From Hemiscyllium ocellatum (taxonomy: Eukaryota): 64,000 nt of DNA. The notes under the pieces were generated by a model. It worked only from the letters and a program-made list of their open reading frames with translations, made no database searches and had not been told where the DNA came from. The translations under genes and the position numbers were made by a program. Shown piece by piece: positions 52,301 through 64,000 of the stretch (positions within the stretch are counted from its first letter, which is position 1; each line of letters begins with the position of its first letter). The stretch is taken from positions 53,534,345 through 53,598,344 of the forward strand of contig NC_083405.1 of NCBI RefSeq assembly GCF_020745735.1. The letters run 5' to 3'.

Positions 52301-53199
52301 TACCCATGTCATGGACTAGACCAGGGTGCAACTTGGGACTCGTTGATTGTTTTTTGTGCTCACCAACTTTGTATCTAGTTGATGCTCACTACATCTCTGT
52401 CTTTCCATTTTGCCCTTTTCCAACTCATTCTAAACTTAAAGGCTCAAAGTGCATTTATCTTGGCAGGCCTTTTAGCACAAACAAAGCTAGGAGGCTTGTC
52501 ATAATTGTCAGCAATGATCAGTCAAGGGTTTGGAAATGTCGCCGTTGGGGTGCTGTCAATGTCACAACTACAGTGTGTGCCAGCAGCTTATGCAATGAAC
52601 TGCATGCTTCAGCCAAATTGCCATGTTTCAAAGTCCTCAGTCAAGTCAAGGGTTTTCACCACAATCAGTCAAGGATAATCTCAGTCCAGTGACTTGAACA
52701 CAGTCAGCAAGCCGCATGGGCTGATCAGGTTCAGGGGATCTGGAGCACTACAGGAGATAGGGGGTGGGCCACTATCAATCCTGCAGAACCAATGCAAACA
52801 CTACGTTGAATTGGGATTAGTCAGTCAGAGAGCTACACAGAGATCAGATATCAGTCAGGCTCATCCATGTTAGTTAGAGGACTGGCTCACGGTTGGACCG
52901 AGGCCTACTGTGGTCATTGACAGTCACAACCATGCTGGCTTTGAATTGTGTAGCATCATGGTTTGCATGGCTAAGCTTTAGGACTGAGGCTCAGGGATAA
53001 TGTGGGAAATGATGATTTAAATGAAAGAGTTGGGTGGAGGCACATGGAGATTCTGTACTGATGGAGTCAATGAAGAGTGCAAGGAAGAAAAGACATGCAG
53101 AATCATCATTGCTTTTCAAACTAATTCAAATTGCAAATGCACCATATAACAATGCACCAGATTTCATCAATATTAAAACATTCCATTCCATCAATGTAT

Positions 53200-53570
53200 C
53201 ATTTGTATGTGCTTACTGATGCCATATCTTAGAAGTCTGAGCCAGGTACCTTAGAAGTTATATGGTGTCTACTTCTTTGAGAATTCCCATGTTTCTGCTT
53301 CATTTCAAGAGGCAGATATTTTACAAGGATGGTCACTGAGAAGGAGAGAAGGGCTACCATCTGCAACTATGGCTGATGACTCCTTCTGACTGAGGCTAAG
53401 CGTAGATGTAACGTAGCCTATTCTTCAACTAGGGTCATTATGGAGCATAAATCAAATTTGAGGTTTCATTGCTTGGATCAGTCTAGGAGCAGTGGTGCAA
53501 TACAGTACAGACAGAGAGAACTGCATAAAACCTTGCATGCTGTGCATTGCACAAATGGAATGGGGGAAAG
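53200..53570 (+). mobile_element. PIF/Harbinger transposase relic, C-terminal part
   Basis: Frameshifted GWSL/GEKGYHLQLWLMTP, LRFHCLDQS/GAVVQYSTDR and CCALH correspond to HARBI1-type GW.LGD.GY.L..WLMTP, RFRCLD.SGG.LQYSP and CC.LHN. Confidence 0.75.
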
Positions 53571-54269
53571 GGGATATGATGAATGCTGAAGTGATGGGAC
53601 AGCAGCAACAGTCTTCTGAGGAGGAGAATAAGGACACTAAGCAGCATTGCTTCCAACAGGATAGAGCAATGCAGTATCCAGTGCAATAGGCCAGACAGGC
53701 GTTGAGTTAGGCGATGCCCACTTCCAACAGATGTGAACTGGGTCAGTGATCACTCATTGATTGCATATTTGCTGTTGCTTGAATGCCAAGCTGCCCTCAT
53801 TATTCTCAAGATGCAAATGCTGATTTTGGTCATTTTTCCTTCACTTTTGCTGTTGTTCAATAGAAGTTATGCTTTCAACTGTCTGAAGGCTTTCGAGCGT
53901 GTCATGCACCATGTTGATCATGAGTAGATGTTGTGTGATGCTGAACATTAGACAAAGAGTAGTCTATGATGGTATGGTATTCAGGTCAAGTAACCTGTGT
54001 CACTTGATTCTTCTTGCTGCAATTACAATGATAACCAGAAAGGACAACAAAGTGTTACCTATGCCATTCAGATGCCTTCAGTAGACTTTCTTTTGCATTC
54101 CCTTCTCACTGCATTCTGCAAAGGGCAGCTCCCACCTGGTAGTACGTAACCTGGTGCAAAATTAGTCTTCGTATATAAAACCAATCATCCTGGCAGTGGC
54201 AAGTACTTCTCCTGTTGGTGAGCTCACAATAGTATTGAGCAGGCACCATGCAGGCACGGTGCACATATA

Positions 54270-55003
54270 CGAACGTAAGAACAAGGAGTGGGAGTAGGCA
54301 ATTCAACCCCTCGAGCTTGCTCCATCATTTGACAAAATCATGGCTTATCTCATCTCAGCATCAACTCGACTTTCTTGCCTGTTCTCCATAAGCTTCCAAT
54401 CAATTACTAATTAAAAGTCTATTTCCTCCTTACATTTCCTGAATGTTCCAGCATCCACTTTACTCTGGGGTAGTTAATTCAAGAGGTCTGTTTTAAATGT
54501 GCTACTCCTATCTTAAAACTATGATCACTTGCTCTAGATTGCTCAGATACAAAAACATATTTTCTATGTGTATTCCATCAATCCCCTTTAGCAATTTGTA
54601 TTCTTCAATTAGATCTCCTTTCATTGTTCTAAACTGCAGAGTATAGACCTAAACTGCTTATTCTCTTCATTGAACCTCCTCATTGAACTGTCTTCAAAAC
54701 ATCTGTATTCCTCCTTAAGTGAGGGGACCAAAATTGGATGCAACACTCCAGGTGCAGTCTCAATAAGGCCTTGTACTGTTGCATCAACATTTCCCCACTT
54801 TTGCGATCTTTTCCTTTCACAATAAATGCCAAAATTCCATTTGCTTTTGTCTTTACCTGCTGAACCTGTGTACTGGGCTTCTAGATTCATGCATGGAGAT
54901 AGCTAAGCACTGCACCAAAGCACTCTGAAGTTTCTCTCCATTTAGGGAAAAAGTTGTTCTAGTCCTCTGACCAAAATGTATAACCTTACCACTTATCCAC
55001 GTT
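54270..55003 (-). mobile_element. CR1 3' fragment
   Basis: Tail aacgtaagaacaaggagtgggagtaggcaattcaacccctcgagc; antisense RT C-terminus up to KVIHFG. Confidence 0.85.
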
Positions 55004-56365
55004 AACAAGGTGAGCAGTGCAGAATGGAGATAAACCTCACTAGATCTGATTGAGAGAAATGCCCCCATGAAACTCCCTGACATTGATACTTAGCTGACAG
55101 TTTCTCCAAACTATCCACATAACTGAAGTTCCTCACAACTGCAACTTATGGCTAGTAACCATATGTAACTGAGCAATATTGAGTTTTCTTCCTTCAGCGC
55201 AATTTTAATAGCTTTGCAGAATTAATTACCGGACGTCAATACACTCGAGTCCAACAGGTTCACCTACACCATTCAGACATGTACAGACATGCTCTGCTCT
55301 TGCCAATCACTTCTACAGTTTAAAAAAATGCAGCCTTATATAAACAATATTAAATACCCTTCCAGAATTCTGCAATTGTTTTGATATCACATGTTGACAT
55401 TGATCTTAACTCGAGATACCAAAAGAAAATAATTAACCTTCCCTACAAAGAATGTATACAGTCTGTTCTGTTTTCACATCTTGCAAAACGTGTTTGAATT
55501 TGCTTTGATGTTTAATACGTTACATATAATTTAATGAAACTGGTCTCAAGTCAAGGCTGCATTCACTTTGACTGGGGAAAACTCCACAAAAAAATAGAGA
55601 ACTAGAGCAATTAGAGAAATAACCAGAAAATTCTTGTCTAACTGCTGCAGGTGATTGAAACTAGTTTAGGGGGTCTCATTTGCTTTCGTTTGTATCACAG
55701 AATGCCGAACTTTTGTCAGAAGTGACCTTTGACTCTACTAGAATGTATTCATGGTATCAATCAGGAAATTGGGGATGTGTATAATAAGGGTAAAACAGGG
55801 ACTTCAATCCACATACAAACTGAGTAAGGCCAATTAACTTTAATCTTGTGCAAGATGCATTCTTGGAATGTATTGTATAATTTAAGAATACTCTCATTGG
55901 TTTCTCCCAGTATCTTAAGTAACCAAACAGAACTGCAGAATATTTCTTCAATGGTGAGGGATTAGGAAGCATTGAAATCTAAAGATGCCTAGATGTCCTT
56001 GCTCATGAGTCAAAGAAAGCTAACATGTAGGGACAGAAAGCAATTTGGAAGGCAAATGGTAATGGTGGAATTTACAACTACATGATTTAAGTAAAAGAGG
56101 AAAGATGTCTTCCTACAATTGTATAAAGCTTTAGCAAGACCACCTAGTTCAATGTAAAGCAAGTTCAAAGTGCCAAATGGTCCATCCCTGCTCTTATTTC
56201 CAAAATTCCATGAAACAAATTCATCTTTCTACAATAAATGCAGCCTAATAGTCCTCTGACCAAAATGTATAACCTTACCACTTATCCACGTTAACAAGGT
56301 GAGCAGTGCAGAATGGAGATAAATCTCACTAGATCTGATTGAGAGAAATGCCCCCATGAAACTCC
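54960..56365 (+). repeat. 117-bp direct duplication (54960-55076 and 56249-56365)
   Basis: tagtcctctgaccaaaatg...gcccccatgaaactcc occurs twice with one mismatch. Confidence 0.95.
55850..56200 (+). mobile_element. Old CR1 fragment
   Basis: agatgcctagatgtccttgctcatgagtcaaagaaagc...ggaaggcaaatgg...ttgtataaagctttagcaagaccacct. Confidence 0.6.
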
Positions 56366-57660
56366 TAACTTACACTGACTTCTTAACAATCATGGGGTGG
56401 AAGATAAGAGACAAATAACACAGGTCTGCACAGACAATAACTACTTGCAAATGTCACAGCCCACTATCAGTGCTATACAACTATTTGAACTAAAAGTCTC
56501 AGAAGTGTGGGCCTCAGCAAGTTTTGACAGGAACCTGTGGGAGTACCCAGAAAAGGTCATGTTAAATATTAAATGTTACACTTCTGAGGAATCTATGTGG
56601 ACCCAGATGAGGTCAGTTGCAAACTATTTCCATAGTTTAACATCTTGAGCCCAATCATTATTCCAGGAAGCTACACTACAACGCCTTCTGAGATTAATGT
56701 TCTTTCCTGTGGCACAATAATCCAAATTTTTTTAAAAATCCATTGATCTCTCCCCATGTCCATTATCAAGGTGGTTTTCTCAAACAAAACTGAAGTAAAT
56801 TAGGCGAATTGGACCAATCCAACAGAAGTTGCTCAAGTCCTCAAGTTATCTAACACCAATCATCAGTTCTAGTCACTTCCCACAGCTAAGGGGTCAGTTT
56901 TTTTTCTCATCTCTCTCTCTCGCTCCCACTTTTAAAATAATACTTACATTTGCAATTTTCCAATCTAACGGGATTAATGCCTAATTCATGTGCTATTTCC
57001 TCAAGTATTTCTTGTTTCTGGAGATTTGTCAATCATAAATTCCATTACTTTTCTCGTTAGCCTTTTGTTACTTTCACATCCTGTATTAACATGAGGTACC
57101 CTGCCCACCTTTGACTAATGTTTAGTTCCATTAAATTCCAGAATGCTGTTCTCAACCTCTACTCTAAGAAGGCTTATGAAATATTTGTTTAACAAAGTTA
57201 ATGTTTCCTTATTTTCCATTGTAGTATCATAGTATCTATCTAATGGGTTAACATTTGTCCTTACTATTGTCTCATGATACATTTTATGACCAAATGGCCA
57301 ATAGCCTTAGCAACTAGGCCCAACATAAAATTGGTTAAGCAGTTTCTGCAAGTAAGGTCTGATGGAATGTAAAAAGGCCACGGTTACCACAGATTAAAAG
57401 CAAACAATGAACAGCCCAGATCTGCCATATGTGTTGAATAGAAGTACTCGACCTTAACAATGGGAAAGTTGCTCTGACCTGATGCTCAAGGAGAAGTATT
57501 CAGCCAAAACAATAAGGAGAGACATTATATTTGTGTATTTCCAGTGCCAGACTGACCCCTTGGCATGGTAGAGTAGTCACATCTTGGAAAGGGTATGGGT
57601 ACACCTTAGCCTAACTACATTAGATGTTATGACCCTTATCCTGTGGCCCCATTGGCTGAA

Positions 57661-57802
57661 TCATAGAATCCCTAGTGCATGAGGCCATTTGGCCCATCAT
57701 GTCTGCACCTTCCCTCTAAAGAGCATCCCACATCTAAACCCTATAACCCACCTATCCTGCACCTCTCTGGACTGTAGAACAATTTAGCATGGCCAATGCA
57801 CC
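57661..57802 (-). mobile_element. HE1-related SINE 3' fragment
   Basis: catagaatccctagtg...gaggccatttggcccatc...caatttagcatggccaat. Confidence 0.65.
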
Positions 57803-60800
57803 ATTTCAGAAGGGCTCAGAAAGGAAGAATAAGAAGCGACTGCTAGCAGCCATTCCCTCAGCAAAGACACAGCCAGTGAATACACTGTGTCAGACCCACC
57901 TTCTTTTTAAGAAGACCCTGAGTGCATTTTTCAAAAACATTATCCTATTTTGGGGAAATTTAACTTAATTTGCATAAGAGGTGTTTTCTTTAATAAGTTG
58001 AATCACAGTCTTTTGTTTGTCTCACACAGTAAGAACACCGGGTGAATGCGTTTTGAGTAATAAACTGGTCAAACTATCTGTATAAGAATATTTCACAGGC
58101 AACAATTTATAAGGCTTTTATTGTCTGTTTCAATATCCTTTGTAAGTTGCTTCGATTGCCTCATACTTGCTGCTGTTGGTCTTGGAAGGATTGGTAAAGA
58201 GCAACGCCATGATGAAAATTGGGAGATGGATGAAGATTAAAAACAAGTATGTGTTTGGTTCAGAAATAGCAGGAAGCATGGGGCTGAATTAGTTTTGTTC
58301 TTTTTATTCAAGGTAGGATGTAGCAGTTGCACACAGAGGGGACAGTGGAATATTTATGCCTTTTGATGGGATACGCTAGATACTGACTCTAGCAATGATG
58401 AGATCAATTTCTTCAGCAATTGCAAGAAACCTTGTAGGTATTTTCCCAACTCCCCAAATGTGCCACAATCCAAACATTGGATTGGTAGTAACACAGGTGT
58501 ATGTTGAATCACAAAATAAAAGCATCACCAAGTTCTTATGCTGGAAAACTACTTAATTCAAAAAAGCAAAAGTTAAATCCCTCACTTATCAATACCAGCT
58601 TTTTGTCAAGAGTAAGGAATGACAGAGCAGCTCAGGAAGCAGCAATGACATTTTTATGGAAGCAATCTACTCTAGATGTTCACAACATGTTATTGGAGGA
58701 AATCCATGCAGAGACACCTGCAGGTACTTAATACAACTGCATCCTCTCGGGTGTAGTTGGGTAAAAACATCAGAAAAGCCAAAGGAAATTTCGAAGCAAC
58801 AATAAGTATTCAAGAAAAACAGACTTGAGAAAATCATTAATGTTCATTTTCTCCAATGCTGTTTTTTAAAAAAAACGGTTCTATTTGGAACAGGGAAGGA
58901 GAAAATCTGCCCTTTGAACTTAAATATACACTATCTCAAATTATATAAACTGCTAGCACCTTGTCTTTAAAGGGTAAAATAAAAAAGGAATAAGTTGTTA
59001 TAAAGTGCACTATTGTAATACAGAACCCATCTCTAAATATTAAAATTATTTCAGGCAGTTATTTCTCCACAGCAGTTAGGGATAGGCAATAAGTATTGGC
59101 CTCGGTTAGCAATACCCCGACTTTATCAAAGAAAATCAAAACACATAATACAAAAAAATGATACTGTGATTACTGTGTTCCCTGCCTGAATACTAAACAT
59201 GTACTGGCAATGAAATAAAATTTGTTATTTGCATACACTATTAATAAGCTCAAACAATTTCAACAACAATTGTACCTACTCTGTGCCTTTAAATTAGAAA
59301 GGCACTCCAAAACACTTAACAGAGTTATAAGGATTGAAGCCAAATTATATTGTACGGCAAGATCTGAATAATTATATAGCAACTGCTACAATACTGAGTT
59401 AGTCTCATAAACAGTATAGTTCAAGGAACTGGCTGCCAAACTGACTTCTGTTTAGCCATAAGAATTCAGAAGCATGCATTCCAAAGAAAGAGAGGGCATG
59501 ATGCTTAGTGTCCACAACAACAACTAACTGCCACCAAACCATCCAAGGGTCAACAAGCAATTTGTCAAGTAAATTTATGGGTGGTGTTCAATAGAGAATA
59601 TATTAAGTCACCACAATCACAGTAATAAAAATAAAAGCACATGCATTATACTTATCTCCCCAGCAAGGATAAATGGTAAATTTCAACTTCCTTCATATGA
59701 CGGAAAGCAGGGACTCAGGGTAATGAAAATTAAGTTGGAGACTTACCCTCCGGTTTCCCACAATAATCCTGATGTTTGCTGCACACATGAAAACATCCAC
59801 ACAAAGACAATGGGGTATTTCTATAAAGAATGGAGATTGGGTCCCAACAAAATGTTTAGTTTATTACTGGCCTGAGCAATGAAGCACTGGAACATTCCAA
59901 GCAGACTGAAGCTTGTTAAAGGATTAATTGGAAAAGAAGCTTCTTGATGAAGTATACTTCTTGACAGTCTATTCCTTCACCTTCTGGAGCTATTAAAATT
60001 GTGTTCCTCCAAGCTCCACAAAAAATTGCTTTCCTCCTTCAACTCCTATTCACCCATTTTCTTCACAGCCAAGCCAATTGCCTTTTTCCCATACATAGAC
60101 CCTGTCTTTCCTTATCACATACCCATGCCACCCCTTTACACCGCCTTCCCGCAAAGTCCACCTCATTATGCTACATCATACCCACTCCACACCCTGTTCT
60201 TCTCAATCCTCACTCACTCATCCCTCCTTAACCAACTGTTAATCTCTCTCAAACCTCTGAATTGAATTAGTCAGATATTAACAGCCACTTCCAATCCATT
60301 TTCTGATTGTCCATCATTGGCGGATTAATGTTATCTGGGAATAAAAGTCCCTAGGGTTTTTTCTGATCCATTCCTATAAAGATTCCCAAATGTAAAAGTC
60401 TTGAATTCAAATGTTGCCTGCTCACATAAAGGGAAATTCCTGTAATTTGGCAAAACAATTCTCTGAAGATCTAGCAACAGCAATGTGACAGCCATTATAT
60501 TCTGAAGAACAGACAGTGGTAATCCTGTTGCTGAAGCACAGTCAGAGAGGAACTATCTGCTCAGCAGAGACAATTATGTCCAAGAGAATAAACCTTGGCA
60601 GGAACTGGCAAATCAGCTGAATGTGGGCTCCAGTGATCTGCAAATGTGAAACAATATAGCAGATTAAGCCTATCAGCAATGGCATTTAAAGGCTATTTCA
60701 CTCACTATGCATTGCAGCAAATCCATTGTTCAACCCCAACTCTAAACACCCATGTTGTCTCCTACTTTCCATGGACATTGTTTTGGTTGCAATTTACTTT

Positions 60801-62784
60801 ATAGCTCCTTTATGTCTAGTATTATCAATACAAAGTCTTGTTGATCTCTTCCATGTTGGACACTTTTATTTTGGTTAAACCTGCAGAGACTTTAGAGATG
60901 TGACCAGCTACTAATGCAAACTATTCATTGTAAGCCTATTTTTGCAGAAGGTAGCACACAAGAGAACACGGATGGAATGAGGCACTGTCAAATTATATTT
61001 TCCCTCTCTTTTTAAGGTGCACAAGGGCAGATGATGCATAATCAGAACAACAATGAACTGCAAGGGTTTTCATATTAAAGCTCACTCTTGGTTACAGGAG
61101 TACATTGGTCCTACATGAATGACATCAAACAACCTCTGGAACTTTAGAAATATAACACATTTGGGATTCATACCTTCATTCAATATAATGGGTCAAATTG
61201 CTTTAAAAAAAGCTACATAACATAAGTTATAATAAGAAAAGTTAACCTCTACATCATGTAGTAACAACTTTTGGTTTTAGAAAAGTAGAGCTGCATTTCA
61301 ACATGAGTAGTATACAACATTAGAAAATTTTAGTTCACTGCACGAGGAGTTTCCAAGCAGAACACCACCTTAAAAGTAAACAAGTAAACATTTGAACTAA
61401 TTCCAAAATCTGACATCTCCTTGTGATACAATGTGGGAATTGCAAGATGAGATCATTTTAAAAACAGGTATTATGTAGTCAACAAGTTGAGATATGGTTA
61501 TATACCAGCAACACTTCAGACACCAGAATGACATCATACATGGTCAAAACTCAAGAGGTAAAAAAACAATCTGAATCCCAGAGCATTGTAGTTTGGAATA
61601 AACCTTTGTATTGTCAGAACAGAGTTTGTTATACTTATCAAAGCTTTCCCATGGGATGCCTTAACAGAATCATATCTTTCCATCATCTCCACTAATCAAC
61701 ACCACTAATCAGGTTAGTGGTGGTTTATTCTATGTAGCGATGTACTTTACTTTAATAGGGCAAGCGTTTTGCAGCACTAATTCATGGACATAACGAAAAT
61801 CCAGGTTGTCTTTTAGATTTCCATTTCATGATGACTTAACATTCGTACTTGTTGAACAATCAACTCTATTCTATGCACTTCTGTATGCTGTAGTCACAGC
61901 TGAGTCCCTTCAAAAGAGCTGAAGCAACCATTTGTAACACTATGACATAGCTTCTTAATCAACTGCATGGCCATAGGAAAGCATGAACTGAGGCCATGCT
62001 AACAGAGGTTGACTGGATGGAAAGGAAGTCTTAGCCTGATTTAGAGCAACAATAACAATGTTGTCTCTCATCTGTCCTTGTGAAGAAGCATGAAGCAAGA
62101 TGCATAGTTCAGCAAGGAAATAGGGCCAAAAGATTATTGGCAACAAATATAAGACCCTGTTCTTCAAGAGACAGCTTGAATTGAGGCATTTCTATCAACA
62201 TACAAGCACATAATAGTGACAGGCAGCAAAATACCGGTTGATTCATTAAACCTGCCCACCCCCATGATGCCTGGAGCATCACAACTAGATACTGCAAGCA
62301 CACCTGAAGCCATGTAATCTCCTGGTATAGGTAAAAACAGAAAATCAGAGCCAATATGAGAAAAGGAATTAGAAAATTCCTCCATGAAGCCACAAGTGAT
62401 TGAAACCAGTCTAGGAGATCTAGTCATCACATGGGCTGTAACTGTTTTACACTTACATTCTATATACCATCTCTGCCCCAGTCAAGAACCGGCTCAGCTT
62501 CCTCTTGAAGACATGCACAGTCAGCACACATTACGCAAGCCAGCATTCCAGAAGTTCGCTATTCTCTGGGAAAAGAAAAAACCTTTAACAACTAGCCTAT
62601 TCCTATTTCTACACAATTTAAATGTATGTCCTCGATTCCTCTTTCTACGTCAAACTGAAATGATCTTTCACTAAGGAATGCAAATCCAGCCCTTTTCTTA
62701 CGTTATACAAGCCCTGCACCTAATTCTACACAACTATAAAGTTAATAAATGCTGCTTTTGAAGCCTGAGTAGCTGATGTTATTT

Positions 62785-64000
62785 AAATCGTAAGCATTCC
62801 TATTGTGCTCCGCTGAACCTTTTCTGAGACTATCATATCACAACATGGGACTGGGATATCATAATTACAGAAACATGGCTCAGGGATAGACAGGACTGGC
62901 AGCTTAATGTTCGAGGATACAAATGCTACAGAAAGGACAGAAAGGCAGGCAAGCCAGAAGGAGGAGTAGCATTTTTGATAAGGGATAGCATTACAGCTGT
63001 ACTGAGGGAGGATATTCCCGGAAATACATCCAGGGAAGTTATTTGAACTGAGAAACAAGAAAGGGAATTGTATTATGGACCCCCTAATATTCAGAGGGAA
63101 ATTGAGAAACAAATTTGTAAGATCTCAGCTATCTGTAAGAATAATAGGCTGATTATAGTGGGGGATTTTAACTTTTTAAACATAGACTGGGATTGCCATA
63201 GTGTTAAGAGTTTAGATGGACAGAAATTTGTTAAGTGTGTACAAGAAAATGTTCTGATTCTTGTAGGTACATCTGATGTGGATGTACCTACAAGAGAAGG
63301 TGCAAAACCTGACCTACTCTTGTGAAATAAGGCAGGGCAGGTGACTGAGGTGTCACTTTGGGGCCAGTGACCATAATTCTATTAGTTTTAAAATAGTGAT
63401 GAAAAACAATAGACCAGATCTAAAAGTTGAACTCCTAATTTGGAGAAAGGCCAATTTTGACGTATTAGGCAAGAACTTTTGGAAGCTGATTGGAGGCAGA
63501 TGTTCGCAGGTAAAGGGACGGCTGGAAAATAGGAAGCCTTCAGAAATGAGAAAACGAGAGTCCAGAGACAGTATGTTTCTGTTAGGGTGAAAGGAAAGGC
63601 TGGTGGGTATAGGGAATGCTGGATGTCTAAAAAAAGTTTTTTAAAAAGGAAGCATATGTCAGGTATAGACAGAATAGATCAAGTGAATCCTTAGAAGATT
63701 ATAAAGGCAGTAGGAGTATACTTAAGATAGAAATCAGGAGGGTAAAAAGGGGAAATGCAATAGCTTTGGCAAATAGAGTTAAGGAGAATCCAAAAGGTTT
63801 TTACAAATACATTAAAGGACAAAAGGGTAACTAGTGAGCGAATAGGGCCCCTGGAAGATTACCAAGGCGGCCCTTGTGTGGAGCTGCAGGAGATGGGGGA
63901 GATACTAAACAAGTACTTTGCATCAGTATTTACTGTGGAAAAGGATATAGAAGATATAGACTGTAGGGGAATAGATGGTGACATCTTGAAAAAAGGCCAT
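62785..64000 (+). mobile_element. CR1 LINE ORF2 endonuclease region, running off the window end
   Basis: WDIIITETWL, IIVGDFNFLNIDW, FVKCVQEN, PTREGAKPDLLL, SDHN and KENPKGFYKYIK motifs with frameshifts. Confidence 0.92.

Noticed and set aside
52006-52692. Longest ORF (228 aa)
   Set aside because: Runs across an antisense CR1 tail and unrelated sequence, with no recognisable domain; a chance ORF.
59747-59778. 32-nt minus-strand segment between tgcag and a strong gtaagt donor
   Set aside because: Frame-breaking, with no homology support; such sites occur by chance in long introns.
62259-62321. Minus-strand exon-like stretch ending in ASWG, a candidate for the upstream GLCCI1 exon
   Set aside because: Lacks the expected TP.CW...HQRSASWGSADQLKE context and has a weak donor; the true exon is probably beyond 64000.

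Overview
Eukaryotic DNA, very probably from a shark. The organism is inferred from HE1-type V-SINEs and their HER1/CR1 partner LINEs. The window lies entirely inside a minus-strand GLCCI1 (FAM117 family) gene. Three internal coding exons are visible (38203-38319, 22102-22254, 2461-2671) with canonical splice sites and compatible phases. The rest is long intron filled with decayed transposons: HE1 and other tRNA-derived SINEs, many CR1 fragments, a second CR1/L2-group LINE, a Tx1-type LINE, Penelope-like pieces, two solo LTRs, two Tc1/mariner MITEs and PIF/Harbinger transposase relics. None of the supplied ORFs is an independent gene. The most interesting structure is a LINE whose two independent copies begin with a tRNA-like Pol III head about 165 nt before the endonuclease, leaving no room for ORF1; a SINE in the same window consists of that head fused to that LINE's 3' tail. 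Also notable are decayed minimal hammerhead-ribozyme cores in Penelope-type termini, a Penelope insertion with a 13-bp target-site duplication, two short near-exact local duplications, and a NAGNAG acceptor. Repeat boundaries were read by eye and are approximate unless a junction is quoted; family names come from recognition, not a database search.
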